A stretch of 64,000 nucleotides of DNA from an uncultured Chloroflexia bacterium (GTDB lineage: Bacteria > Chloroflexota > Limnocylindria > Limnocylindrales > CSP1-4): positions 224,001 to 288,000 of the forward strand of contig CAVYIM010000004.1 of NCBI GenBank assembly GCA_963768655.1, given 5' to 3'. The notes beneath the pieces are model-generated. The model worked only from the letters and a program-made list of their open reading frames with translations, was not told where the DNA came from and searched no databases. Shown one piece after another: positions 19,061 through 27,015 of the stretch. Within the stretch, counting starts at the first letter, position 1. Each line of letters starts with the position of its first letter. The translations under genes were made by a program, and so were the position numbers.

Positions 19061-19507
19061 TCAACCCGCGATGATGACCGACGTGTCAACGCCGCGGGCG
19101 GCGAACTGGCCGGCTGCGGCCGTCAAGATGGCGTTCGCGATTCCGACAGCACGCTCGGCGTCGTCGCTCGTGACGGTATCGCCCTCGTCCGGGTCGCGGG
19201 CCAGGGTCTCTATGTCGGCGAGCCAGGCAAGGTCCGTGGTGCTGGCCGGGTTCGAGAAGTCTGACGAGGCTTGCGCCTGGATGGCCTCTAGATCGCGTGT
19301 CATCTCGAACGGCACGTTATCGAGCAGGATCACGGCCTTGATGGCCTTCTCCGCGGCCTGCTGGGCCATGTAGGCGGTGTTGCGGTTGGGGACTGCCGTC
19401 GAGCCGAGGAACGCCCGCGCCGTGTCGATGTCGCCCCTGGCGAATGCCAGCCAGCGGCTGGCCTCTTCTACGTTGGCCGCGGAGGGCTGCTCGTGCTTAG
19501 GCGACAT
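19061..19507 (-). CDS. HEPN domain protein with degenerate motifs
   Basis: AQQAAEKAIKA motif; TRDL and ARDP in place of the usual THDL and RYP. Confidence 0.8.
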   Translation of the reverse strand: MSPKHEQPSAANVEEASRWLAFARGDIDTARAFLGSTAVPNRNTAYMAQQAAEKAIKAVILLDNVPFEMTRDLEAIQAQASSDFSNPASTTDLAWLADIETLARDPDEGDTVTSDDAERAVGIANAILTAAAGQFAARGVDTSVIIAG

Positions 19508-20021
19508 AGACCGGGACTCCCTCGGAGAGTGCACTGGCGATGATCGACCCGGGTCGCAGCGCGGCGGCCTCCTGCTCGGTGGTCACGAGGATGTCCTTGT
19601 CCACGATGAGGTCGGCGAGAACAGCGCGGATGGCTACCCGGCGCTCTCGTCGATCCGCGACGGACTGAAACACGACCAGGAGGTCAATGTCACTCAACGG
19701 TCCCGCCTGACCTCGCGCCTGGGAGCCGAACAGGATGATGCGCGACGGCGCGAAGCTCTCCGCGATGCGGCGAGTCATCTCCGGGAGGTAGCGGAGAGCG
19801 CGATCACTCAGTCCGCGTCCGGGCTCGGGTCGCCACTCACCACTTGTGAGCGATCGTCCGCACCCGACAAGCAGCGTGTTGAGCGTGCTCGCGCGCGGGT
19901 CAGTCTGCCCTCGCTCGATCCGGGCGATCGTGCTCTGCGGCACGCCGGTTCGGTCTGCCAGCTTACGCTGCGTGATCCCGGCGCAGCGGCGGTCGGTTCG
20001 CAGGAGAACGCTCGCCTTCAT
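19497..20021 (-). CDS. XRE-HTH / minimal nucleotidyltransferase (MNT) fusion
   Basis: TQRKLA..VPQSTIARIERG HTH fused to LFGSQARG...SDIDLLV. Confidence 0.85.
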   Translation of the reverse strand: MKASVLLRTDRRCAGITQRKLADRTGVPQSTIARIERGQTDPRASTLNTLLVGCGRSLTSGEWRPEPGRGLSDRALRYLPEMTRRIAESFAPSRIILFGSQARGQAGPLSDIDLLVVFQSVADRRERRVAIRAVLADLIVDKDILVTTEQEAAALRPGSIIASALSEGVPVYVA

Positions 20022-20035
20022 GTCAGCCACCTTCG

Positions 20036-20059
20036 CTTGATAGCGTATTCACTATCAAG
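20036..20059. promoter_or_regulatory. Inverted repeat operator CTTGATAG-N8-CTATCAAG
   Basis: Perfect 8-bp arms about 15 nt upstream of the XRE-MNT start. Confidence 0.65.
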
Positions 20060-20225
20060 AGCCCTGCCGACGATGCCAAGCCCACGCTCGCCACCCGTGG
20101 GATCGCTTTCTTCAGAGGCGCTAATAGCCCTACCGACGGGCTACCGCGGAGGTCCGCTCCGGCCGATCGACTGGTTGACCAGGCGGATCTCGTCGAGACT
20201 GACGACGCCCCCCTCCAAGCGGCAG

Positions 20226-20453
20226 CTACATGTCCCCCTTTTCGATCGCGCGCACGCGAACCTCGTACTCAGCGGGTGAGATCTCACCAGCAGCCATCCG
20301 ACGCTTGAGTTCCGCGATGCCGGGATCCTCGGGGGGAGGGAGCGCCCGTCGCAGCGCAAAGACGATCACGCCCACGACGAGCAGAGTTATCACCAGTATT
20401 GAGAGTAGCGTCCCGGCGACTATCGCCAGCGCCAGATCGGAACCGGAGTCCAT
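20226..20453 (-). CDS. Small membrane protein with SHOCT domain
   Basis: One TM helix, then LKRRMAAGEISPAEYE. Confidence 0.75.
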   Translation of the reverse strand: MDSGSDLALAIVAGTLLSILVITLLVVGVIVFALRRALPPPEDPGIAELKRRMAAGEISPAEYEVRVRAIEKGDM

Positions 20454-20625
20454 TGCACGCTCCGCTGGTCCAGGTGGCGGGCACGCCGTCAGGGTGCGCC
20501 CCCGGCCATTGTGTTCAGTCCACGCACGGAGTCAACTCACAGCCCCTAACCGAAGCCAGGCCGGCCAGGGGAGTGGGTCCGGCCCCGCCGCAGGCGGCCA
20601 TCTCGGCTCGGCGGGTAGCCCTCCG

Positions 20626-20775
20626 ATGTTCGACGGCGATCGGGAGACGTTTCGCCCGCAGGTAGGCTTCGAGGGTCGTGACCGCGTCGAGGTACGTCAT
20701 GACGGTCTTGGGACTCTTGTTTTCGGCGGGCCGCGCCCGCCGAAAGCTCTCGGCGAGGACGCCGAGCGTCGGTCC
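20626..20775 (-). pseudogene. N-terminal remnant of a tyrosine integrase (paralogue of 29347-30267)
   Basis: PTLGVLAESFRR..AENKSPKTVMTYLDAVT.LEAYLR.KRLP closely matches the intact integrase N-terminus; no start codon or catalytic domain. Confidence 0.88.
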
Positions 20776-20790
20776 GGCCGGAGAATCGTC

Positions 20791-20863
20791 GAGCCCCTCG
20801 GCTAGAGGGGCTCTTCGCGAGGAACTTGGCGACTTGGAGCGGGAGACGGGACTCGAACCCGCG
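20791..20863 (-). mobile_element. Middle att site: tRNA-Gly 3' end (20835-20863) plus a copy of the tRNA-downstream hairpin
   Basis: 29 bp with 1 mismatch to 30378-30406; GAGCCCCTC-N5-GAGGGGCTC hairpin at 20791-20813, as at 30334-30356. Confidence 0.88.
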
Positions 20864-21010
20864 GTCGCCATCCAAGAGCCGGTGCAGTGGGAGCCAAGGT
20901 CAGCCATGTATCGTCGACGGCCAGGGTGCCATTGCGCTTCATCGCCGAAACGGAGCCTATCGGCGAAGGACCGTAACTGTTACAGGGTCCATCGCGGTGG
21001 TAGAACGTTG

Positions 21011-21024
21011 ACCTTCTAGAAGGT
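21011..21024. promoter_or_regulatory. 14-bp palindrome ACCTTCTAGAAGGT, probable HigA operator
   Basis: Perfect palindrome overlapping TTGACC, just upstream of the toxin gene. Confidence 0.6.
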
Positions 21025-21034
21025 TAGGCTTATA

Positions 21035-21382
21035 GTGTGGGAGATCGAAGGCACGGACCAGTTCGCTGACTGGTTCGGCCAACTGAGCAGAAGCGACAAA
21101 GTAAGAGTCGAGGCCGCGATCGAGCGGCTCGAAGAAGAGGGTCCCGGCCTGGGTCGCCCGTGGGTGGACAGTCTCGTCGGGACGAAGGTCAAAGAACTCA
21201 GACCACGCGGCGGATATCTCCGGATCTTGTTCCGCTTCGACCCTCGGAAGACCGGCATCCTCCTGATGGCAGGAAACAAGGAAGGCCTCTGGGACCAGTG
21301 GTACAAGACCGCAATCCCTGAAGCCGAGAGGCTCTACGAAGACTACGTCGCCGAGCTGCGGAAAGAAGGACACCTGAAATGA
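21035..21382 (+). CDS. higB: RelE/HigB-like (Gp49-like) toxin
   Basis: GPGLGRPWVDSL..KELR..RILFRFDP..ILLMAGNK..IPEAERLY. Confidence 0.85.
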   Translation: MWEIEGTDQFADWFGQLSRSDKVRVEAAIERLEEEGPGLGRPWVDSLVGTKVKELRPRGGYLRILFRFDPRKTGILLMAGNKEGLWDQWYKTAIPEAERLYEDYVAELRKEGHLK

Positions 21383-21720
21383 CGGCGAGCAGGTTTCGGA
21401 CGATGCGGGAGGAGATGCTCGCCGACCCTTCCTTCCGGGCGGAGGTCGCTCGGGAGAAGGCCATCATGGCTGAGATCGACCTTTCCGCCGCGCGTCAGGC
21501 CAGCGGCATGACCCAGGAGGCCGTGGCGGCCGAGATGGGCAAATCGCAGGAGAACGTTTCCCGGATCGAGCGCCAGCGCGACGTGCGCGTCTCCACCCTG
21601 GCGCAGTTCATCCAGGCTCAGGGCGGTGAGCTGGAGATCAACGCCGTCTTCTCAGGCCGGCGGGTGAGCCTGATGAGGGCTGCAGGCGCGGCATCCAAGC
21701 CAAGCCGCCAGCGCGCCTAG
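21379..21720 (+). CDS. higA: XRE-HTH antitoxin (HigA-like)
   Basis: MTQEAVAAEMGKSQENVSRIERQRDVRVSTL; 4-nt overlap, toxin-first order. Confidence 0.85.
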   Translation: MTASRFRTMREEMLADPSFRAEVAREKAIMAEIDLSAARQASGMTQEAVAAEMGKSQENVSRIERQRDVRVSTLAQFIQAQGGELEINAVFSGRRVSLMRAAGAASKPSRQRA

Positions 21721-21776
21721 TTCAGTCGATAGCTCAGCTGGGGGACGTCGCCGCCGGTCGCCTGACCGTAGGCGCC

Positions 21777-22664
21777 TCATGACCGCCATCCTCCGTCTCC
21801 GGGGTTCCAGGTGGCGGACGCGACCTCGCCGGAGAGGACCGGGTCCAGCATTCGAGCCGCAACAGCGTGCCCCGCGCCAAGATCCGGGTCGAGTCCGATA
21901 TCGCGGGCCATTCGGGCATAGGGCACGCGCCAGTCGGCCGGCGGGTCCGGCAGCGCCGCCGGCAGAGGTTGGCCGGCGCGACGCGCGAATGTGCGGTCCA
22001 TGGCGATGCGAAGAAGGGCGGCGTCAGGCGTTCCTTCGGTCGCGATCAGGGCCAGGTCGACGAGATCCTTGACGCGCGTGCTCGGCGTTCGATCGCCGTA
22101 TCCGCGTGTGTAGGCGTGGACCTTCTCGGCGATCTGGAACTCGAGCGGCACCGCCGCGACCTCGACGGGTACCAGGTCAGCGAAGGCGAGCAGGTCGGGT
22201 CCGCGCAGGCGCGCGAGCTCGACATCGGTGGGCGGGTCGAAACCCACGTCGAGGACGAACTCGTCGAAGGTGCGGCCGGCCAGCTCGGCGACGACGTGAT
22301 AGCGAACGGCGGCACCATCACGAAGCCGGTCCAGAGCGCTCGTACGCTCGATGGCGAAGCCGAAGAAGTCGCCGAGATCGACCGCCTGAGCTGCCAGCAG
22401 GGCCGTCGTCGCCGAGGCTTCGTCGCCGGCAGTCGCCAGATCGATGTCTCTAGTCGTCCGGGCGTGGCTGCCGAACCGGTAATCCAGCGCGAGCGCGCCC
22501 TTGAGCAGCCAGCGATCCGGCGCCGTTGCCACCAGTCGGGCAAGCAGTCGATCGAACGCGACCTCCTTGCGCAGGCGGACAGTCGAACGGCCGGTTTCCT
22601 GGCTGAGCGCAGGCAGCTGCCTCTCCAGTGCCTGGCGGAAGTCCGGCGCGGATCTGTACTTCAT
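21777..22664 (-). CDS. AbiEii/AbiGii nucleotidyltransferase toxin (type IV TA)
   Basis: WLLKGALAL..RTTRDIDL, AEKVHA and STRVKDLVD. Confidence 0.9.
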   Translation of the reverse strand: MKYRSAPDFRQALERQLPALSQETGRSTVRLRKEVAFDRLLARLVATAPDRWLLKGALALDYRFGSHARTTRDIDLATAGDEASATTALLAAQAVDLGDFFGFAIERTSALDRLRDGAAVRYHVVAELAGRTFDEFVLDVGFDPPTDVELARLRGPDLLAFADLVPVEVAAVPLEFQIAEKVHAYTRGYGDRTPSTRVKDLVDLALIATEGTPDAALLRIAMDRTFARRAGQPLPAALPDPPADWRVPYARMARDIGLDPDLGAGHAVAARMLDPVLSGEVASATWNPGDGGWRS

Positions 22665-23269
22665 GTCGCGCGGTCCGTCCGTGCCCGGTCGATGAGGCGC
22701 TGGACTCGTCGACCCCGCGTTTGGGCAGCGTCCCGCAGTCGGGAGGACGTTGTCAGGCTTCGATCGAGCGCGCTATGCACTGCCGCGACGACCTGGTCCG
22801 GTGCGACCCCGACTTCGGCGACGTCCACGATCGTGCGCTCCGGTCCGGTGACCCGAACGCCCTTGCGCGAGACGACGTCCGCTTCGGCGAGAGGCCGGGT
22901 CGTCGTGTGAATGACGACGCCGGGCTGGTTCACCAGCCTTCGGCGGATCCGCGGCACCGTGAGATGCACGGCGTCTGCGATGACGTCGGAGAGCCCCAGG
23001 AGCGCGAGTGCCGATTCGTGCGAGACAACGGCGTCGGGTGCTTGGCGTAGCCAGGCGGCGACGATCTCCTCGTGGGTCTCGTGCGGGTAGTCACGCAGAC
23101 GGTACAGGCCCCTGGCCACGCGCAGGAAGCGCCCGCTCTTGGCATGGTGTGTGAGCAGCGCCGAACTGAAGCCGCACGCCTGGGCCTGGGACGTCGTGAA
23201 GTAGCCAGCCTGCGCGCTAGCTATGGCGAAGAGCGCGCCGTGGTCAGTGGTAGGCAGTGTGTCGTTCAC
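22661..23269 (-). CDS. AbiEi family antitoxin
   Basis: QAGYFTTSQA, RVARGLYRL, VVSHESAL and VTGPERTIVD. Confidence 0.9.
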   Translation of the reverse strand: MNDTLPTTDHGALFAIASAQAGYFTTSQAQACGFSSALLTHHAKSGRFLRVARGLYRLRDYPHETHEEIVAAWLRQAPDAVVSHESALALLGLSDVIADAVHLTVPRIRRRLVNQPGVVIHTTTRPLAEADVVSRKGVRVTGPERTIVDVAEVGVAPDQVVAAVHSALDRSLTTSSRLRDAAQTRGRRVQRLIDRARTDRAT

Positions 23270-23351
23270 ATCCTAGATGATACTTAGTAAGTCAACGACA
23301 TGATTGAGGGTGCTGGTTGCGCGATCTTTGATCCAGGGCGGCGGCCTCTTG

Positions 23352-24392
23352 CTACCGCGCCCGAGTGTGGTCCAGTCTGGATTCGATCAACGGCATCATG
23401 TCTCGTGACGCCTTGATGATTTCGTCCGGGACACCGAGTGCCTTGACGAGATCGTTTGCCATCTTGATCGGCCGGCGTTCGAGTGGTTCCGTCCGCCCTT
23501 CTTCAAGTTGGCGTTTCGCGCCCAGAAGCTGATGAATCTCGTCCAGGTGGAAGAACACCTTCAGGGAGTTTGCCTCGGTCCCGTACCGGATGCTGCGACC
23601 GTGCAGGATCAAATGCCGGTTCAGCCGAGGTGACAAGTTGGACGTCATACCGAAGTCGATCTTGCTATAGAGCCCCAAGAGCGACTCGATCGCTACCTCG
23701 AGCTCGATCTCCTCGAGACCGTCGAAGATGTCGCGGAGTGGCTCGAGCCCGGTGACCACCTTCATCCGACCGCCGAGTCCGAAGCCGTCCGCAATGACGC
23801 CTTCGATGCACGGCATCAAAGTGGGGATGCTCACGCGGTACCGACCGGCCAAGTGATCGGCCAGGGCATCTCGAATGATCAAGCGGCGCGTGTGCAGGGC
23901 CGGCTCGTCCGACCAAGAATTGACCATTCGCCGCAGGGCGCGGCCTCCATAGGCGCGACATGAGCGACAGATCTCGTCAGCCAGTGCACGACGGCCGAGA
24001 GTGCGAGCCAGCAGGTCATACCGCTGAAGCTGCTCGTCATTCCAGCTAGATAACGCCCACCACCCCTTGGCTCTGAGAACCTCATCGGCACGCGTGTATT
24101 GAGCGTTGAGGTGTTCGGCGTAGGCGACTGCGGCGACCTGCGAAATAGCGAGCAATCCTCGACCTATCGCCGGTGCCGCGGCTTTGACGGCCGCGTCCAG
24201 CTTCCGGATCGACTCGGATGTCCGACGCTGCGCCGATGCGACGAGCACCGAAGCTCGATCCGAGAAGCGCTGCCAGGCGCGAACGGCAGCCTGACCCGTC
24301 GATCGAAGAGTGGCGGCTTCGCGCGGGGACCGACTCTGGACAAGGTCGCTAGCCCAGTCTCGAGCGAAGTCCTCGTCGCCTTGATGCTCCAT
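23352..24392 (-). CDS. Hypothetical protein with C-terminal HEPN-like RxxxxH motif
   Basis: IEGVIAD...LNRHLILHG..YGTEANSLK. Confidence 0.6.
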   Translation of the reverse strand: MEHQGDEDFARDWASDLVQSRSPREAATLRSTGQAAVRAWQRFSDRASVLVASAQRRTSESIRKLDAAVKAAAPAIGRGLLAISQVAAVAYAEHLNAQYTRADEVLRAKGWWALSSWNDEQLQRYDLLARTLGRRALADEICRSCRAYGGRALRRMVNSWSDEPALHTRRLIIRDALADHLAGRYRVSIPTLMPCIEGVIADGFGLGGRMKVVTGLEPLRDIFDGLEEIELEVAIESLLGLYSKIDFGMTSNLSPRLNRHLILHGRSIRYGTEANSLKVFFHLDEIHQLLGAKRQLEEGRTEPLERRPIKMANDLVKALGVPDEIIKASRDMMPLIESRLDHTRAR

Positions 24393-24440
24393 GACGCCCT
24401 CTCATTCTGACCCCGGGATCCCAGGGTGAAATCGATCCGG

Positions 24441-25160
24441 TTACGGCGAAGCGAGACGGCTGAGCGCGATGATGCCGTCCGTGGCGCCCGCGATTCCGCG
24501 CCACGCCCCGTTCGCCGGATCAAGCAGCTGCTCATGAGTGCGCAGGTAGCCGCGTTCCTTCGCGGTCAGCTCGGAGCGCATGCCCTCGATGTTCGAAACG
24601 AGCGCCAGAAGCCGGGCAAGGTCCCGCAGGTGCTTGGCATTCGAACTGCTCGACGCAGCCCGAGCCTTGATCACAAGGGCGCCCGCGAGGGTCGGCACCG
24701 GAAGCTTGAACAAATCGCCGAGGACGTCGATCGTCACCTCACGCCGGCGATGCAGCGCCTGCGTACCTCCGACGGTTTCCAGGGTGGTGCCTGGGGGCGA
24801 AGTGGTCAGGTCTGCCCGAGGCCCGAGATTCTCCGGTGCGAGCACGTCCACGACGTCGTCGCCGCGGACGAAGCGGTAGCTCAGCCCGTCGTTGGTCAGC
24901 TTTGCGGTGAACCCGACCTCCTCCAGCCGCCGAGCGGCCTCTTGGGTCGCGCCGGTGAGCGCCCGGACGTCCATGAGCGCGTCCACATCCCGAGTCGCGC
25001 GCCCCGTTCGGCCTCCGTGCTCGCGTTCCAGAAGCGTGACCATCTGGCCGCCGATTAGGACCCAGGGCAGCCCGGCGAGGAGATCGGCGATCTCGTGCGT
25101 GACTCGCCAGAGCCGCTCCTCTGCGTCGTCGCCGGGGACAATGACGATTGGGCGCTCCAT
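24441..25160 (-). CDS. Nucleotidyltransferase (AbiEii-like)
   Basis: WVLIGGQMV..RATRDVDA, LVIKA and KHLRD. Confidence 0.75.
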   Translation of the reverse strand: MERPIVIVPGDDAEERLWRVTHEIADLLAGLPWVLIGGQMVTLLEREHGGRTGRATRDVDALMDVRALTGATQEAARRLEEVGFTAKLTNDGLSYRFVRGDDVVDVLAPENLGPRADLTTSPPGTTLETVGGTQALHRRREVTIDVLGDLFKLPVPTLAGALVIKARAASSSSNAKHLRDLARLLALVSNIEGMRSELTAKERGYLRTHEQLLDPANGAWRGIAGATDGIIALSRLASP

Positions 25161-25840
25161 CAGCGCTGATACCGTTTCAACAGCTGCCTCGCAGCTTCCT
25201 GTGAACGCGGGTCGACGTCGTCGGCCAGGTCGATGGCCACGACCGAGGCGGGCGCAAATGGGCGAGCGGGCCAGTCGGGCGTGAGCGCTGGCGTCGTGCG
25301 CAGCGTGAGGTTGGGCTGCTGGCCCTCGAGCAGCTTGTACTTGTCGACCAGGGCGTCGAGGCGCTCATTCGTGAGGTACGCGTCGAACTCGTCGGCCGGC
25401 ATCAGATCCAGGCCAACGTCTGGCGCGGCCGATACTCCCGTGCGCATGAGTCCGGGCTCGCGTCGGATCCGCGCGAGGTCCGATGGGTGGGAGCGGAACT
25501 GCCGAGGTTGGGCGCGCGTCACCAGCCGCGGGCGCAGCGAGGCAAGGTCGTGGTGGACCATGAAATTCCGGAGCTTGGCGCGGGACACCGGGTCGAGCCA
25601 GGAAGCATCGAGGCCGTCGAGCAGGAATAGCAGACCCCACGCCCGCTGCGGCGAGAAGCGGCGACCATCCAGGGTTCCGAGCTTTGCTCGGCGATCTACG
25701 CTCGCTGCGTCTATCAGCAGAACGCGCCCGAGGTGCCGCGCCACGAGTTCACCGGATGCGATCAGCGTGCGCACGCGACCGGCCGTCACTCCGAGTCGAG
25801 CGGCAGCCTCAGGGACCGAAAGGGCCCTTTCCTCAACCAT
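25160..25840 (-). CDS. Excisionase-type HTH protein with AbiEi-like C-terminus (putative antitoxin)
   Basis: LSVPEAAARLGVTAGRVRTLIASGEL; C-terminal VVAIDL..DPRS.EAA; coupled to the NTase gene. Confidence 0.7.
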   Translation of the reverse strand: MVEERALSVPEAAARLGVTAGRVRTLIASGELVARHLGRVLLIDAASVDRRAKLGTLDGRRFSPQRAWGLLFLLDGLDASWLDPVSRAKLRNFMVHHDLASLRPRLVTRAQPRQFRSHPSDLARIRREPGLMRTGVSAAPDVGLDLMPADEFDAYLTNERLDALVDKYKLLEGQQPNLTLRTTPALTPDWPARPFAPASVVAIDLADDVDPRSQEAARQLLKRYQR

Positions 25841-25865
25841 GGTGATAACAGCATAGTTGAGGAAA
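25828..25865. promoter_or_regulatory. Inverted repeat TTTCCTCAAC-N18-GTTGAGGAAA spanning the start codon
   Basis: Perfect 10-bp arms at 25828-25837 and 25856-25865. Confidence 0.65.
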
Positions 25866-26082
25866 TGGCTACGTCAAGGGCAACGCGCGACAAGGTCCTT
25901 CTGGGCGAGCGGGTGTGGCAACGTTCTGGCTCGGCTAGAGTCTCCTAGTCGGAACCTGAGCGCGGGGCCTGCGTTCCCGCCGACCCCGCTGCCACCTCGG
26001 CACCGCCTCGATGTGGCGGCCTCAGGAGTTGCAGGGTCATGTTGGCCCTTTGGCATGGCGGGAGCAATAGGGGGATTCGCGG

Positions 26083-26967
26083 ATGACGACGATTGCATGC
26101 TGGTTCGGCGCGGACACGCACGGTCCTGCATCTCTCTACATCGCCTCTGACAGCCGCATCAGCTGGAGTGCGCCCGGGGCAGTCGATGATCCAGCACGGC
26201 CGCGACTGATGTGGGATCAGGGGCGAAAGGTATTCGCCTGTCATGAGCAGCCTCACATCTTCGGCTACTACGGCAACGTGGTGTTCCCGGCGCTCGCTAT
26301 TCCTTCGGTTTGCGAGCTCATCGACCGCAGGCTCCTGCCGTCCACGACCAATCCAACGCGCTGGCACCTTCAGGTGAAGAAGACATTCGATGGATTGTTC
26401 TCCGACTATCCGCGCGATGCGATGACGACCTGCGGGATCATCCACGGACTCAGAATTGGAGCGGGAACCTCTTGCACATTCAGCCTGGCGGTGTTGACGT
26501 GGAAACCCGGACAGGAGCGATTTGAGATCAAGCGGGTCTCGATTTCCGGAACGAAGTCGGGGATCTTGGTTCTCGAGGGCACCGGGAGCCGTGCTGTTCA
26601 GGACATGCGTGTGGAGTGGTCGAAGAGCGCGCATCGCGACACATCGCGGGCCGAGTTCAGTGCGTTCTGTGACGGGCTACGCTCAGCGCGGGACCCGAAC
26701 ACAGGAGGAGCCCCTCAGCTCGCGGGTCTATATCGGATTGGCCCCGGACGGCCGTTTGGGGTTGTGTGGAGAGGACAGGCGACCGTGGCTGGCCGCCGAA
26801 GGATATCCTTGGAAGATCGGGCGGCCGGACGGCAGGTGATTGGTTGGCACAACGAGCTGTTCGAGATCGCGGACCGGGACACGAGGAGGCGGCGCCCTGG
26901 CGCTCAGCGGCACGGACGGCCAGCGCTTGAGCCCTCAGGACCGGCGGGGGACGATGGGCCGGCATAG
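26083..26967 (+). CDS. Proteasome-beta/Ntn-hydrolase-like hypothetical protein
   Basis: MTT start, ASDSRIS, RKVF, GYYG, GTGS and GGAPQ, in the order of proteasome beta motifs. Confidence 0.55.
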   Translation: MTTIACWFGADTHGPASLYIASDSRISWSAPGAVDDPARPRLMWDQGRKVFACHEQPHIFGYYGNVVFPALAIPSVCELIDRRLLPSTTNPTRWHLQVKKTFDGLFSDYPRDAMTTCGIIHGLRIGAGTSCTFSLAVLTWKPGQERFEIKRVSISGTKSGILVLEGTGSRAVQDMRVEWSKSAHRDTSRAEFSAFCDGLRSARDPNTGGAPQLAGLYRIGPGRPFGVVWRGQATVAGRRRISLEDRAAGRQVIGWHNELFEIADRDTRRRRPGAQRHGRPALEPSGPAGDDGPA

Positions 26968-27015
26968 CCTGCACCCCGCGGCAAAGCTTGGGGGGTCCGT
27001 CTATCGGGGTCAGGG

